A stretch of 64,000 nucleotides of DNA, from positions 582 to 64,581 of the forward strand of contig JBAYMJ010000004.1 in assembly GCA_041663565.1 (NCBI GenBank), written 5' to 3'. The notes below the pieces were generated by a model. That model was not told the DNA's origin. It saw only the letters and a list, made by a program, of their open reading frames with translations, and ran no database searches. The stretch is from Candidatus Micrarchaeia archaeon (lineage in GTDB: Archaea; Micrarchaeota; Micrarchaeia; Norongarragalinales; CAINOH01). The position numbers and the translations under genes were made by a program. Positions 27,448 to 35,643 of this stretch are shown here, in pieces. The number at the start of each line of letters is the position of its first letter. Positions within the stretch are counted from its first letter, which is position 1.

Positions 27448-28590
27448 TCACTTCACGCTGATTTTTCGGGCTGGTTTGAGCTGGTTCTTGTCCCATATGC
27501 CCGGAATCTTCTTTTTGCACTGGCTGCACTTGCCGTCCTTTCCGAGGGACTTGACCCCTACTGAATAGCCGTGCCGCGAAACCAAAAGGGCCTTGCAATC
27601 CGGGCAGTAGGTGTTCTCATACTCTTGGTCTTTTGAAGGGAGGTTGCCTGCATAGACGAATGAAAGGCCCTCGTCCAAGCCGATTTTCCTCGCAGCCACA
27701 AGCGACTGCATAGGCGTTGCCATCACGTCCAACATCCTGTACGCGGGATGGAAAGCGGTCACGTGCCAGGGAATATCTTTGTCAACAGATGCGATGAAGC
27801 TGGCGATTTGCGAAAGCTCGTCTTTGGAGTCGTTCTTTCCGGGGATTACGAGGGTGGTTATCTCGACCCAGATGCCGAGCTTGCGGCAGCGCCTGACCGT
27901 CTCAAGCACCGGCTCAAGCGAGGCGTGGCAAATCGAGGAATAGAACTTTTCTGAGAAGGACTTGATGTCTATGTTGATTGCATCAAGCACGGGCGCTATG
28001 AACCCAATCGACTCCTTGGAGGTGTAGCCGTTGGATACGTAGACCGTCCCAAGGCCCGCTGCTTTTTTTGCGGCAACGGAACAGTCGTAGGCGTACTCGG
28101 AGAAAATCGCAGGCTCGTTGTAGGTGAACGCGACGCTTGCGCAGCCGCCCGCGATTGCCGCACCGGCAAAGTCGGAAGGCGAGACATAAGGAAGATTATC
28201 AAATTCCTTTTCAAGCAGCGCAAGTCTCTCCTTTGCAGTTGACTTTGCGCCTCCAATCAGCCTCGGCGCCTGGGAAAGCTCGGGGTTCTGGCAGAACTCG
28301 CAGGCGAAGTTGCAGCCGTAAGTCCCCATCGAAAGGATTTCAGTCGAGGGCAGGAAGTGGAAGAGCGGCTTCTTCTCAACCGGGTCTATTGCGATTGAAG
28401 ATGGCCTGCCGTATGCGAGGAGATGCAGCTGACCGCGTTCGTTCTTCCGGATGCCGCAAAAGCCCGTCGAGCCGTTCGGGATGGTGCAATAGCGCGAGCA
28501 GGCGAGGCACTTGACTGGTTTGCCCGCGCCTACGCTTGAGAAGAGCTTTGCAACAGCACTGTCTCCGCTTCCTTTGCTTTTGCCGGTCAT
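27448..28590 (-). CDS. amrS: AmmeMemoRadiSam system radical SAM enzyme
   Basis: DPVEKKPLFHF, CNFACEFCQN and FTYNEP; start trimmed to MTGKSK. Confidence 0.92.
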   Translation of the reverse strand: MTGKSKGSGDSAVAKLFSSVGAGKPVKCLACSRYCTIPNGSTGFCGIRKNERGQLHLLAYGRPSSIAIDPVEKKPLFHFLPSTEILSMGTYGCNFACEFCQNPELSQAPRLIGGAKSTAKERLALLEKEFDNLPYVSPSDFAGAAIAGGCASVAFTYNEPAIFSEYAYDCSVAAKKAAGLGTVYVSNGYTSKESIGFIAPVLDAINIDIKSFSEKFYSSICHASLEPVLETVRRCRKLGIWVEITTLVIPGKNDSKDELSQIASFIASVDKDIPWHVTAFHPAYRMLDVMATPMQSLVAARKIGLDEGLSFVYAGNLPSKDQEYENTYCPDCKALLVSRHGYSVGVKSLGKDGKCSQCKKKIPGIWDKNQLKPARKISVK

Positions 28591-29627
28591 TTCTCCTCGC
28601 CCTGCCTGTGCGCCCCTGCCGGCCGCCTGTTGCGGTTGAGCGTAATCTCCGCAATCTCCGCGCAATAGTTCGCGATGCTGTTGTCGAGCTTTGCAAGCAT
28701 GAGCGTGTACTGGACAGGCACCTTGCGCTGGTGCTGCGACACCTCGTTTAGTGCCGCTCGGTACTCCTCGCTTGAGCGGCGCCTGTAATCGAGCACGGAC
28801 TCGGCAGCCGCGGTGTCGGACTCGGTGAACGCGCGCACCGCCAAGCCGTACTGCCTTGCCGCTTCGGTGCAGGCCGCCTCGAACTTCCTTGCCGGAAAGT
28901 CCTGGGACCTGGCATTGCCCACCTCGTGGTAGTGCATGCCGATTTCGATTATGTCGTCAGCTATGTGCTCGAGATTGCGGGTCGCGACCGCGTAGTCTAT
29001 GCAGTCCGCGCTCGCAAGGCCCATCGCAAGCAGGACGCGCGTGTCGGAAAGCGCCAGGTTGAGCTGGCGAAGGATGAGGAATTTCAGCCGGTCGACCTCG
29101 TCGTCGCGCGAGCGCATCGAACGGGCGGACTCGTAATCTGCGCGCTTGACTGTGGAACAAAGCTCGGAGAACAGCTTCCCTACAAGGAGATGCATCCTGC
29201 CGAAGGCGCGTTCAACCGACAGCTCCTTTTGCGAGTAGAAGTCCCGCACGGTAAGCGATGATTCGGTCTCGTCGGTCACTTCCATTCCGATGAGCCTGCG
29301 TGCCTCCTCGAATATCGACTGGCGCGTGCTGTTGGAAAGGGCGTTCCGGGAGTAGAAGAGGATGCGGCCGGTGCCTGCAATGTAGGACGCGATGAACTTC
29401 CTGCGAAGTGAGTCCGTCTTGTACTGGTCCACGCAGACTTTTTCCTCAGCGGCCCGCGCAGCCTGCGCCTCCGCGTCCTCCGCATCAAGGACAAGCGAGC
29501 CTCCGGCGGATTCTAGCACTGAAAGCCTGGTTCCCCGACCTATCCCCTTGCGCTTGGCCCACTCCTTGGGCAGGGAGACGGTGTAAGTTGAAGTCCCGGT
29601 GAGCTGGACGCGGCGTACTGACGGCAT
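28587..29627 (-). CDS. phoU: Phosphate uptake regulator PhoU with N-terminal AbrB domain
   Basis: RRVQLTGTSTYTVSLPKEW, DDEVDRL and LEHIAD. Confidence 0.88.
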   Translation of the reverse strand: MPSVRRVQLTGTSTYTVSLPKEWAKRKGIGRGTRLSVLESAGGSLVLDAEDAEAQAARAAEEKVCVDQYKTDSLRRKFIASYIAGTGRILFYSRNALSNSTRQSIFEEARRLIGMEVTDETESSLTVRDFYSQKELSVERAFGRMHLLVGKLFSELCSTVKRADYESARSMRSRDDEVDRLKFLILRQLNLALSDTRVLLAMGLASADCIDYAVATRNLEHIADDIIEIGMHYHEVGNARSQDFPARKFEAACTEAARQYGLAVRAFTESDTAAAESVLDYRRRSSEEYRAALNEVSQHQRKVPVQYTLMLAKLDNSIANYCAEIAEITLNRNRRPAGAHRQGEEK

Positions 29628-29781
29628 GAGAAACCTACCGGTAAGAAAGTAGGTCTATATAGAAAAAAGCCTTGTGATTGGGGGCTTTGCTGCGGGATGG
29701 AAAAAATGAAAAAGAAAGAAAAAGAGTTTGGAAAAGAAGGACGGACCGAAAAACAGGCGAGTGAGCCTGTAAGCCTAAAGC

Positions 29782-29895
29782 TTACAGCTCGCTGTTGCGG
29801 CGCGCTATCTTCCGCTTGAGGCGGCGGCGCTTCTTCTTAATCCATTTCCAGCGCATGTGGTTCTTTTTCTTCCATTTGCGGGGTCTTGAACCCAT
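29782..29895 (-). CDS. rpl41e: Ribosomal protein eL41 (eS32), long archaeal form, 37 aa
   Basis: Manual translation MGSRPRKWKKKNHMRWKWIKKKRRRLKRKIARRNSEL; below the ORF-track cutoff. Confidence 0.85.
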   Translation of the reverse strand: MGSRPRKWKKKNHMRWKWIKKKRRRLKRKIARRNSEL

Positions 29896-30032
29896 CGAAT
29901 ACACTCTCCTAAAAATGTGCTGATGCTCCCTTTTGCCTCAGGGCGTGGCCTTCGGCAGAATGAGGATTGACAGGTAACTTTTGTGCATATTATCGTTTTT
30001 ATATGGTAGCATTCCGGCCCGAAGGAGCAAAA

Positions 30033-30635
30033 CTATTGGCTTCTTGAGACGTACCTTCCACGTGACTCGATGTCGGAAAGCTGGGTTATGGCGGCCTTCG
30101 CATTCGGGTTGGCGGCCTTGTATCCGGAAAGGAAGGCCGCAAATTCCTTCCCGGTCACCGCCTTCTTGAAAAGAAGGAGATCAGTAGCGTAGTCCTCCAC
30201 CCGGAGCGAGCGCTCGGAGAGGCCGAAGTCGATGACGTAAAGCGCCTTGCCGCAGAGCATCAGGTTTGCAGTAGTATAATCACCGTGGTATATGCCTGCC
30301 GAGTGCAGCCTGCCTAGGAGTTCGCCTGCAGCCTTGGCTTGTTTTGAGCGCACCACAGGGCTTACTGAGGAAAGGAGCCTGCCATCGAGCTTTTCCTCAA
30401 AGATTCGCATCCTCCGCACGTCGACGTACTTGACCAGCGGGCACAGCACGCCGGCCTGCTTCGCAGCGGAAAGCAGCCGGGCCTCTGAAAGCGTGCGCCC
30501 GCGGCGCAGGGTCGAGTCAATTTGGCTGATGCGGTAGCGTTTCGGCCTGCGCTCCTTGATTACAACCGGCTTTGAAAGAAAGATTGCCTCCAGTAGGTAA
30601 GCCTCAGCGCCCTTCGAGATGACTTTTTCGCTCAT
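30033..30635 (-). CDS. bud32: KEOPS kinase Bud32
   Basis: KGAEA, KERRPKRYR, HGDYTTAN and IDFGLS. Confidence 0.92.
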   Translation of the reverse strand: MSEKVISKGAEAYLLEAIFLSKPVVIKERRPKRYRISQIDSTLRRGRTLSEARLLSAAKQAGVLCPLVKYVDVRRMRIFEEKLDGRLLSSVSPVVRSKQAKAAGELLGRLHSAGIYHGDYTTANLMLCGKALYVIDFGLSERSLRVEDYATDLLLFKKAVTGKEFAAFLSGYKAANPNAKAAITQLSDIESRGRYVSRSQ

Positions 30636-31381
30636 TTCTTCCTGCCTTTTGGACTTGATTTCTTCTTTTCGTTCGAACGCGTCTTCTTTTTCGCCGCTTT
30701 CATCCCGCCCGCAGTTCCGGACGCTTCCGCCAGCACTTCCTTGCTGCCAATCGGGCCCTCGCGCAGTATCTTCGGAGCGCCAAGCAGGCACACTATGGTG
30801 GACGCGGGCACCTGTGGAAGGTTGCCGCCATCGACAATCAGGTCGGCCTTCCTTGCAAACAGCTCTACTACCTGGCCGATTTCATAAACAGCTGCCTCGC
30901 CGGAGAGGTTTGCGGAAGTGGAAACTATAGGCGCCCCAAAAAGGCGGCTTGCCTTTCTTGCAAACTCGCTTGCGGGGATGCGGAACGCGACGGTCTCTGC
31001 TTTCCCGCTTGCGGGAATCGCAACCCTCTTTTTTGCGGCGATGGTCAGCGGGCCGGGCATGAACTTTTCTACAAGCCTCTTCTGGCCGGGAGTTGAAACT
31101 GTAAACTTTGAGACCATCCTGGCATCTGCCATTATCAGCGGAAGCGGCTTGGACCTGTCGCGTGCCTTGATTGCATACACCCGTACAACTGCGCCCTTGT
31201 CAAGCCCGCTGCAGCCAAGGGCGTAGGCGGTCTCTGTAGGGTAGGCCACGATTCCTCCAAGTGCCATCACCGCTGCCGCCTTGCGCGGCGCTGCAGGGTC
31301 GCGGACTGAAATTATGGGGCAGTGAAAACCCGGTGGCAACAGTATTGCCGAGGTTTTTTTTGCGGTTTTTCTTGCAGCCAT
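30632..31381 (-). CDS. sua5: L-threonylcarbamoyladenylate synthase (Sua5/TsaC, short form)
   Basis: YPTETAYAL, KAR..KPL, PGPLT and STSANLSG. Confidence 0.92.
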   Translation of the reverse strand: MAARKTAKKTSAILLPPGFHCPIISVRDPAAPRKAAAVMALGGIVAYPTETAYALGCSGLDKGAVVRVYAIKARDRSKPLPLIMADARMVSKFTVSTPGQKRLVEKFMPGPLTIAAKKRVAIPASGKAETVAFRIPASEFARKASRLFGAPIVSTSANLSGEAAVYEIGQVVELFARKADLIVDGGNLPQVPASTIVCLLGAPKILREGPIGSKEVLAEASGTAGGMKAAKKKTRSNEKKKSSPKGRKK

Positions 31382-31387
31382 AACAAC

Positions 31388-32413
31388 TCACTTCTTTTCA
31401 AGTTCGCTTTTCCTTATCCAAGAAACGGGCTCCGAATCCATGCGCAAGTCCTGCACCACTCCGAGGTTTGCGCTCTTTTTGGGCGCGGATTTACCTGCCA
31501 TCAGCATCGCGGTCAGCGCAATCATCGCCGCGTTGTCGCCCAGGTACTCGTCGGCTGCGATGCACAGCCGCGCGTCGTTTTCGGACGCCACGAGACCCAG
31601 CATCTGCGAAAGCCTGCGGTTCCGGGCGTTGCCGCCGCACAGCACGATTTCCTTTTTGCGCTTGAGCAGGAGCGCACGCTCGGTCGCCTCGCACAATGCG
31701 GCAAACGCTGTCTCCTGCGCCGAGTAGCAGATGTCCTTGGCGCTTGCGCCGCCTGATTGCGCCATCTTCTGGCAGTAGGTGAGCATGCCCGAATAGGAGA
31801 CGCTCATCCCCTTGACCACGTAGGGCATCGGGACGTAATTGCAGCCTGGAAGGGCTGCAAGCTTGAGCACCCCGACAGCATCCGGCGGGTTCAGGTTGAG
31901 CGAGCGGCCGAGCATGTCGAGGAAATTCCCGATTCCCATGTCGAGCGTCTCTCCAAGGACGCGGTAGCGGCCGTTCTCGATGCACAGGATTTGCGTGTTG
32001 CCTCCTGAGACGTAAACTACGAGCGGGTCGTTTGCTTTGGACAAGTAGCGAACAATCTCTGCGTGCGCAAGCGCGTGGTTCACGCCAATTACTGGAATAC
32101 CTAAAGCAGAACCAAGGGCCTTGGCCGCATCTGAACCAACAGACAAGCAGTGTCCCATCCCGGGACCGCGCGTGTAAGCTACAAAGTCAAGGTCTGAAAA
32201 ATTGATTTTCGCCTTTGAGACCGTTTCCTCAAGAAGGGCCCGGATGTTCCTTGCGTGGGACTCCGCAAGCTTTCTCGGGACATAACCTTCCTTAAGGGAG
32301 GGATATTTTGCGGTGCAGTTTGAGAGAACCTCAATCTTGCCTGCCTTGCGCGTTGCAACTGACATCCCGAGAGTGTGCGCGGAGGACTCGATTGCAAGCA
32401 CGTTCAAAGGCAT
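31388..32413 (-). CDS. kae1: tRNA N6-adenosine threonylcarbamoyltransferase Kae1
   Basis: IESSAH, GPGMG, VNHALAH, VSGGNTQ and DNAAMIA. Confidence 0.93.
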   Translation of the reverse strand: MPLNVLAIESSAHTLGMSVATRKAGKIEVLSNCTAKYPSLKEGYVPRKLAESHARNIRALLEETVSKAKINFSDLDFVAYTRGPGMGHCLSVGSDAAKALGSALGIPVIGVNHALAHAEIVRYLSKANDPLVVYVSGGNTQILCIENGRYRVLGETLDMGIGNFLDMLGRSLNLNPPDAVGVLKLAALPGCNYVPMPYVVKGMSVSYSGMLTYCQKMAQSGGASAKDICYSAQETAFAALCEATERALLLKRKKEIVLCGGNARNRRLSQMLGLVASENDARLCIAADEYLGDNAAMIALTAMLMAGKSAPKKSANLGVVQDLRMDSEPVSWIRKSELEKK

Positions 32414-32463
32414 CTGACCACTATAAGGGATTTGGCTGCGGCTGCCAATAAAGCATTTGCTGG

Positions 32464-33501
32464 TCAGGCAATCACGGAGAATATTACGGCCATCGAGAGT
32501 GCGTTGTAGGCGCAGTGGGCAAATACCGGCGCAACAAGGTTGTCGGTGCGGCGCACGTACCACGCGAACAGCAGCCCGATTGCGATGGCTCCCGCGACCT
32601 CGATTACGGAGCCGTAAAAGTAGTGGGCAATGCCGAACGCGACGCTGCTTGCGAGGATGCCGTACTTTTTCGAGAGCAGGCCGCGGAAGAAAAGCTCCTC
32701 TGCAAGCGGGCCGAACGTCACCGCAAGAAAGAGCGCAACTGCGCCCTGCCTCTTGATTACCTCGGCCACCTGGCCCTGGTCGGCAAAGCCGAAGTGGGAG
32801 AACACCACGCCCACAAGCCCGACGAGGAGGATGCTTGTCAGGAGAAGCCAGGCGCAGTCCGAGATGAGCCTGACCGCGGGCATCCTGTTGAGCCCGAGGA
32901 ACGAAAGCGATTCGGAAAGCGTCTTGCGCTCAGCTGCAAGCCACACGAAGGGCGTAAGGAGGAGCAGCAGGTTGATTATGAAGCTCCCGGACACCGAGCC
33001 AAGTAAGAACACCGCAAGCGTTGCCATGCGGAAGGATAGCGACGCGGCAAAGCCGAACCTGCCAAGCAGGAAGGCGCAGATTGCGCCGGAGAACAGAAGG
33101 AACAGCACGTTTGACAGGTAGGAGCCGAAGCCGGCTGAGAACGGCCACGCCACTAGGAGCGCGTAAGCAACCGCCTGGCCCGCAAACCCCACTAGGTTTT
33201 TTTGGACCGTGACGCGGAAGAACAGCTCCTCGGAAAGCACGAGAAGAAGCGCGGCCCAGAGGGGGGCTTCCGCAAGCGCGTCCAGGTACTGGTCCTGCGC
33301 AATCGCGCGCGAAAAGAACACCGCGGCGGTTGCAAGTAAAATTATCAGTATGAAGCGCAGCGAAAGCCGGTTCCAGGCGGGATTTGAAAGTTCCTGCGTC
33401 GGCGCAAGGAGGGCGGAGATTTTTTTCCTGTCCCACTTGAGAAGGAGCGCGCAGAGTGCGGTTGCTGCAAGAAGCAATACTGCAAGCTCAAGGACGGCCA
33501 T
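32464..33501 (-). CDS. CPBP/Abi family intramembrane metalloprotease with duplicated domain
   Basis: Two EELFFR motifs; the second is followed by FGIAH and H..YN. Confidence 0.8.
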   Translation of the reverse strand: MAVLELAVLLLAATALCALLLKWDRKKISALLAPTQELSNPAWNRLSLRFILIILLATAAVFFSRAIAQDQYLDALAEAPLWAALLLVLSEELFFRVTVQKNLVGFAGQAVAYALLVAWPFSAGFGSYLSNVLFLLFSGAICAFLLGRFGFAASLSFRMATLAVFLLGSVSGSFIINLLLLLTPFVWLAAERKTLSESLSFLGLNRMPAVRLISDCAWLLLTSILLVGLVGVVFSHFGFADQGQVAEVIKRQGAVALFLAVTFGPLAEELFFRGLLSKKYGILASSVAFGIAHYFYGSVIEVAGAIAIGLLFAWYVRRTDNLVAPVFAHCAYNALSMAVIFSVIA

Positions 33502-33585
33502 GTGAAAAGCAGGAAAGCTGAAAATAAAAGGCAGCTATTGAAAATAAAAAATAGAAAAAGAAATTGAAAAGAAAGGAAAACCCTC

Positions 33586-33744
33586 TCAAATCATTTCGGT
33601 GTACCCGCACTTTCCGCACGCGTACCTCGGCTTCTGGCCCTTCGCCTCGTGCTTTGCGAGCTTGTTGCCTGCCCCGCACTTGGGGCACGACCTGCCGGGC
33701 TTGTAGGCCTTCGTAACGCGGGCCTTCTTCTTTGCTTCTGCCAT
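33586..33744 (-). CDS. rps27ae: 30S ribosomal protein S27ae (eS31), 52 aa
   Basis: Manual translation ...CPKCGAG..LAKH..RYACGKCGYTE; follows S24e. Confidence 0.9.
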   Translation of the reverse strand: MAEAKKKARVTKAYKPGRSCPKCGAGNKLAKHEAKGQKPRYACGKCGYTEMI

Positions 33745-33760
33745 CAAAATCACCAATCAC

Positions 33761-34069
33761 TTAGGCTGCAGGCTTCGCTGCATCCTTTTTCTTTGCCGAG
33801 CGCTCGATGCGCGCGAACTTGTACCCGCGCTCGGTGCCCTTCGCCGCGTCTGTGGACTTGTAGACCTTGGCGTGGACCTGCACGGTCTTGGTGCCGAACT
33901 TCTGGTCAACCTTGTCGACTACCACGCAGTCCTTTGCGCACTTGCACGCAACCGACACCGCCTCCGCAATCTTGTCGCGCGAGGGAGTCGGCGAACCGGT
34001 TGCAGTGAACACGACTTCCTTGCGGCCAAAGAGGGCGTTTTCCTTTTCGCTTACCTTCTTGAGTTCCAT
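33761..34069 (-). CDS. rps24e: 30S ribosomal protein S24e
   Basis: NALFGRKEV, TPSR, FG..AKVY. Confidence 0.9.
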   Translation of the reverse strand: MELKKVSEKENALFGRKEVVFTATGSPTPSRDKIAEAVSVACKCAKDCVVVDKVDQKFGTKTVQVHAKVYKSTDAAKGTERGYKFARIERSAKKKDAAKPAA

Positions 34070-34097
34070 ATTCAAAAACCACCGTTGAAAACATGAC

Positions 34098-34283
34098 TTA
34101 CTTTATCTTGAGCGCGTACCTGCCGGGCGCCTTTGCGCCGATTGTGGTCGCTACTTCGGACGAAGTGTCCATTATGAAGATGTAGCCCATCCACGACTTC
34201 GAAAGTTCGCCTGCCTGCTGGCAGTTGGGGCACACGTCGCCCTCGACAATCAACCTGCATTTCTTGCACGCTTTCTGGACCAT
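34098..34283 (-). CDS. spt4: Transcription elongation factor Spt4 (RpoE'')
   Basis: ACKKC..CPNC..W.G..PGRYALKI. Confidence 0.92.
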   Translation of the reverse strand: MVQKACKKCRLIVEGDVCPNCQQAGELSKSWMGYIFIMDTSSEVATTIGAKAPGRYALKIK

Positions 34284-34292
34284 AATAACACC

Positions 34293-34817
34293 TTATCCTG
34301 AGACCTTCCCCAGCCCAGCCGGGCGCATCGTGAGCGCTATCTTGCTGTTGAGGATGGTGTCCTTCATGCTGACCGTCGCGACCTTTGCGCGGACCCAGTC
34401 TCCCTTCTTGATTCCCTTCTTGCTCTCGCGTCCTACTAGCATCCCCGTCTTCTTGTCGTAGGATAGGAAGTCGTCCGCAATCTGCGAGACGTGCACGAGG
34501 CCGTCTATGGGCCCGATGCGCACGAATGCTCCGAACTCCACAATCTCGGTCACTTCGCCCTCGACCACCTCGTTCACCTTGGGGGTGTACACGAGCGCGT
34601 CGAACTCCGCGTCAAAGTATGCGGCACCGTCTCCCTGGATGATGCGTCCCTCGGACTTCACTTCTGCGTCTGAGATGCTGATGACTACGCCGTACTCGCG
34701 GTGGACCGTGCGCTCGTACTGGTCGCGCAAAATCTTGAGCGCTGCCTCTGAAATCTTCATGCCGAAAAGGTTCGGCGGTATCCTGACTGACTCAGAAAAC
34801 CTGCAAATGCGGAACAT
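34293..34817 (-). CDS. rpo7: RNA polymerase subunit Rpo7 (E')
   Basis: VRIPP, GDGAAY, FGAFVRIGPIDGLVHVSQI and LTMRPAGLGK. Confidence 0.95.
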   Translation of the reverse strand: MFRICRFSESVRIPPNLFGMKISEAALKILRDQYERTVHREYGVVISISDAEVKSEGRIIQGDGAAYFDAEFDALVYTPKVNEVVEGEVTEIVEFGAFVRIGPIDGLVHVSQIADDFLSYDKKTGMLVGRESKKGIKKGDWVRAKVATVSMKDTILNSKIALTMRPAGLGKVSG

Positions 34818-34852
34818 ATTTTCCTCAAACCTCCAATGAATGCAATTCTTTC

Positions 34853-35242
34853 CTACTCGCCGCTTCGCCACTCGGTGACAAGGTGCGACTTGTCACGCGA
34901 ATAGATGAGCTGCACCAAGCCAACTTGCTTGAGCCGCTTCATCAGCTTGCGGTCCTCCGTTACCACCGCGACCTTGCCGCGGTGCCTGGTGGCATAATCG
35001 ACAATCATGTCGTCCACCTTCCCCTCGCCGGGGATTATCTCGGCGCCCTCGTTCGCAAGGGCAGCCATTATCGCCTTCACGCGCAACTGCTGCTTGCGCG
35101 ACTTTGTCGAAAGCTCGTTGCCAGACTGCGCGAACACGACGAACTCCGCCGTGCCGTCCACGAGCTTTTCGGACTGCCGGAAGATGTCAATGCCCCACTC
35201 GAATGGCATCAAAAGCGCGTTCGAGTCCAGGACGATTTTCAT
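34853..35242 (-). CDS. PIN-domain protein (Fcf1/Utp24-like)
   Basis: IVLDSNALL, VDDMI and VTEDRKL; conserved position upstream of rpo7. Confidence 0.85.
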   Translation of the reverse strand: MKIVLDSNALLMPFEWGIDIFRQSEKLVDGTAEFVVFAQSGNELSTKSRKQQLRVKAIMAALANEGAEIIPGEGKVDDMIVDYATRHRGKVAVVTEDRKLMKRLKQVGLVQLIYSRDKSHLVTEWRSGE

Positions 35243-35285
35243 CTTGTTTCCCTTTGCTGCCGATGCAAACATCTTGTTTTCGCAA

Positions 35286-35301
35286 CGGGCCCGACGGGAT
35301 T
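35286..35301 (-). repeat. 16-bp duplicate of the tRNA-Lys 3' end
   Basis: CGGGCCCGACGGGATT at 35286-35301 and at 35395-35410. Confidence 0.85.
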
Positions 35302-35394
35302 GCTCAGCGTGCGTCGGGGAAAACTACGTTTTCCCCTTGTCCACGCCGGACGCTCCCCTTTCCTTGCGGAAACGAGACCGTTCATTTTTTCTAG

Positions 35395-35534
35395 CGGGCC
35401 CGACGGGATTCGAACCCGCGACATCTTGATTGCTTCTCGACCCGCTTGCGAAACTAAAACGATTGCAAAAAAACAAATCTCGCAAGAAGGAGGATTAAAA
35501 GTCAAGCGCTCTAGCCAGACTGAGCTACGGGCCC
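35395..35534 (-). tRNA. tRNA-Lys(UUU) with a 65-nt intron at position 37/38 (35431-35495)
   Basis: GGGCCCG acceptor stem, TAGCTCAGTCTGG D arm, CTTGA-CTTTTA|A-TCAAG anticodon arm, GGTTCGAATCC T arm. A bulge-helix-bulge motif can be drawn. CCA is not encoded. Confidence 0.93.
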
Positions 35535-35643
35535 TCTTAACTTACTAAGAATAGGGTCGAAAAGGAATTAAAAGGGTTTATTTGGCGGGAATATGGCGCG
35601 GTTTAATATGCTGCGAAAAAATAACCGTACAGAGGGATTACTT

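Noticed and set aside
29654..29663. TCTATATAGA palindrome upstream of phoU as an operator
   Set aside because: Cannot be distinguished from the TATA box of the phoU promoter.
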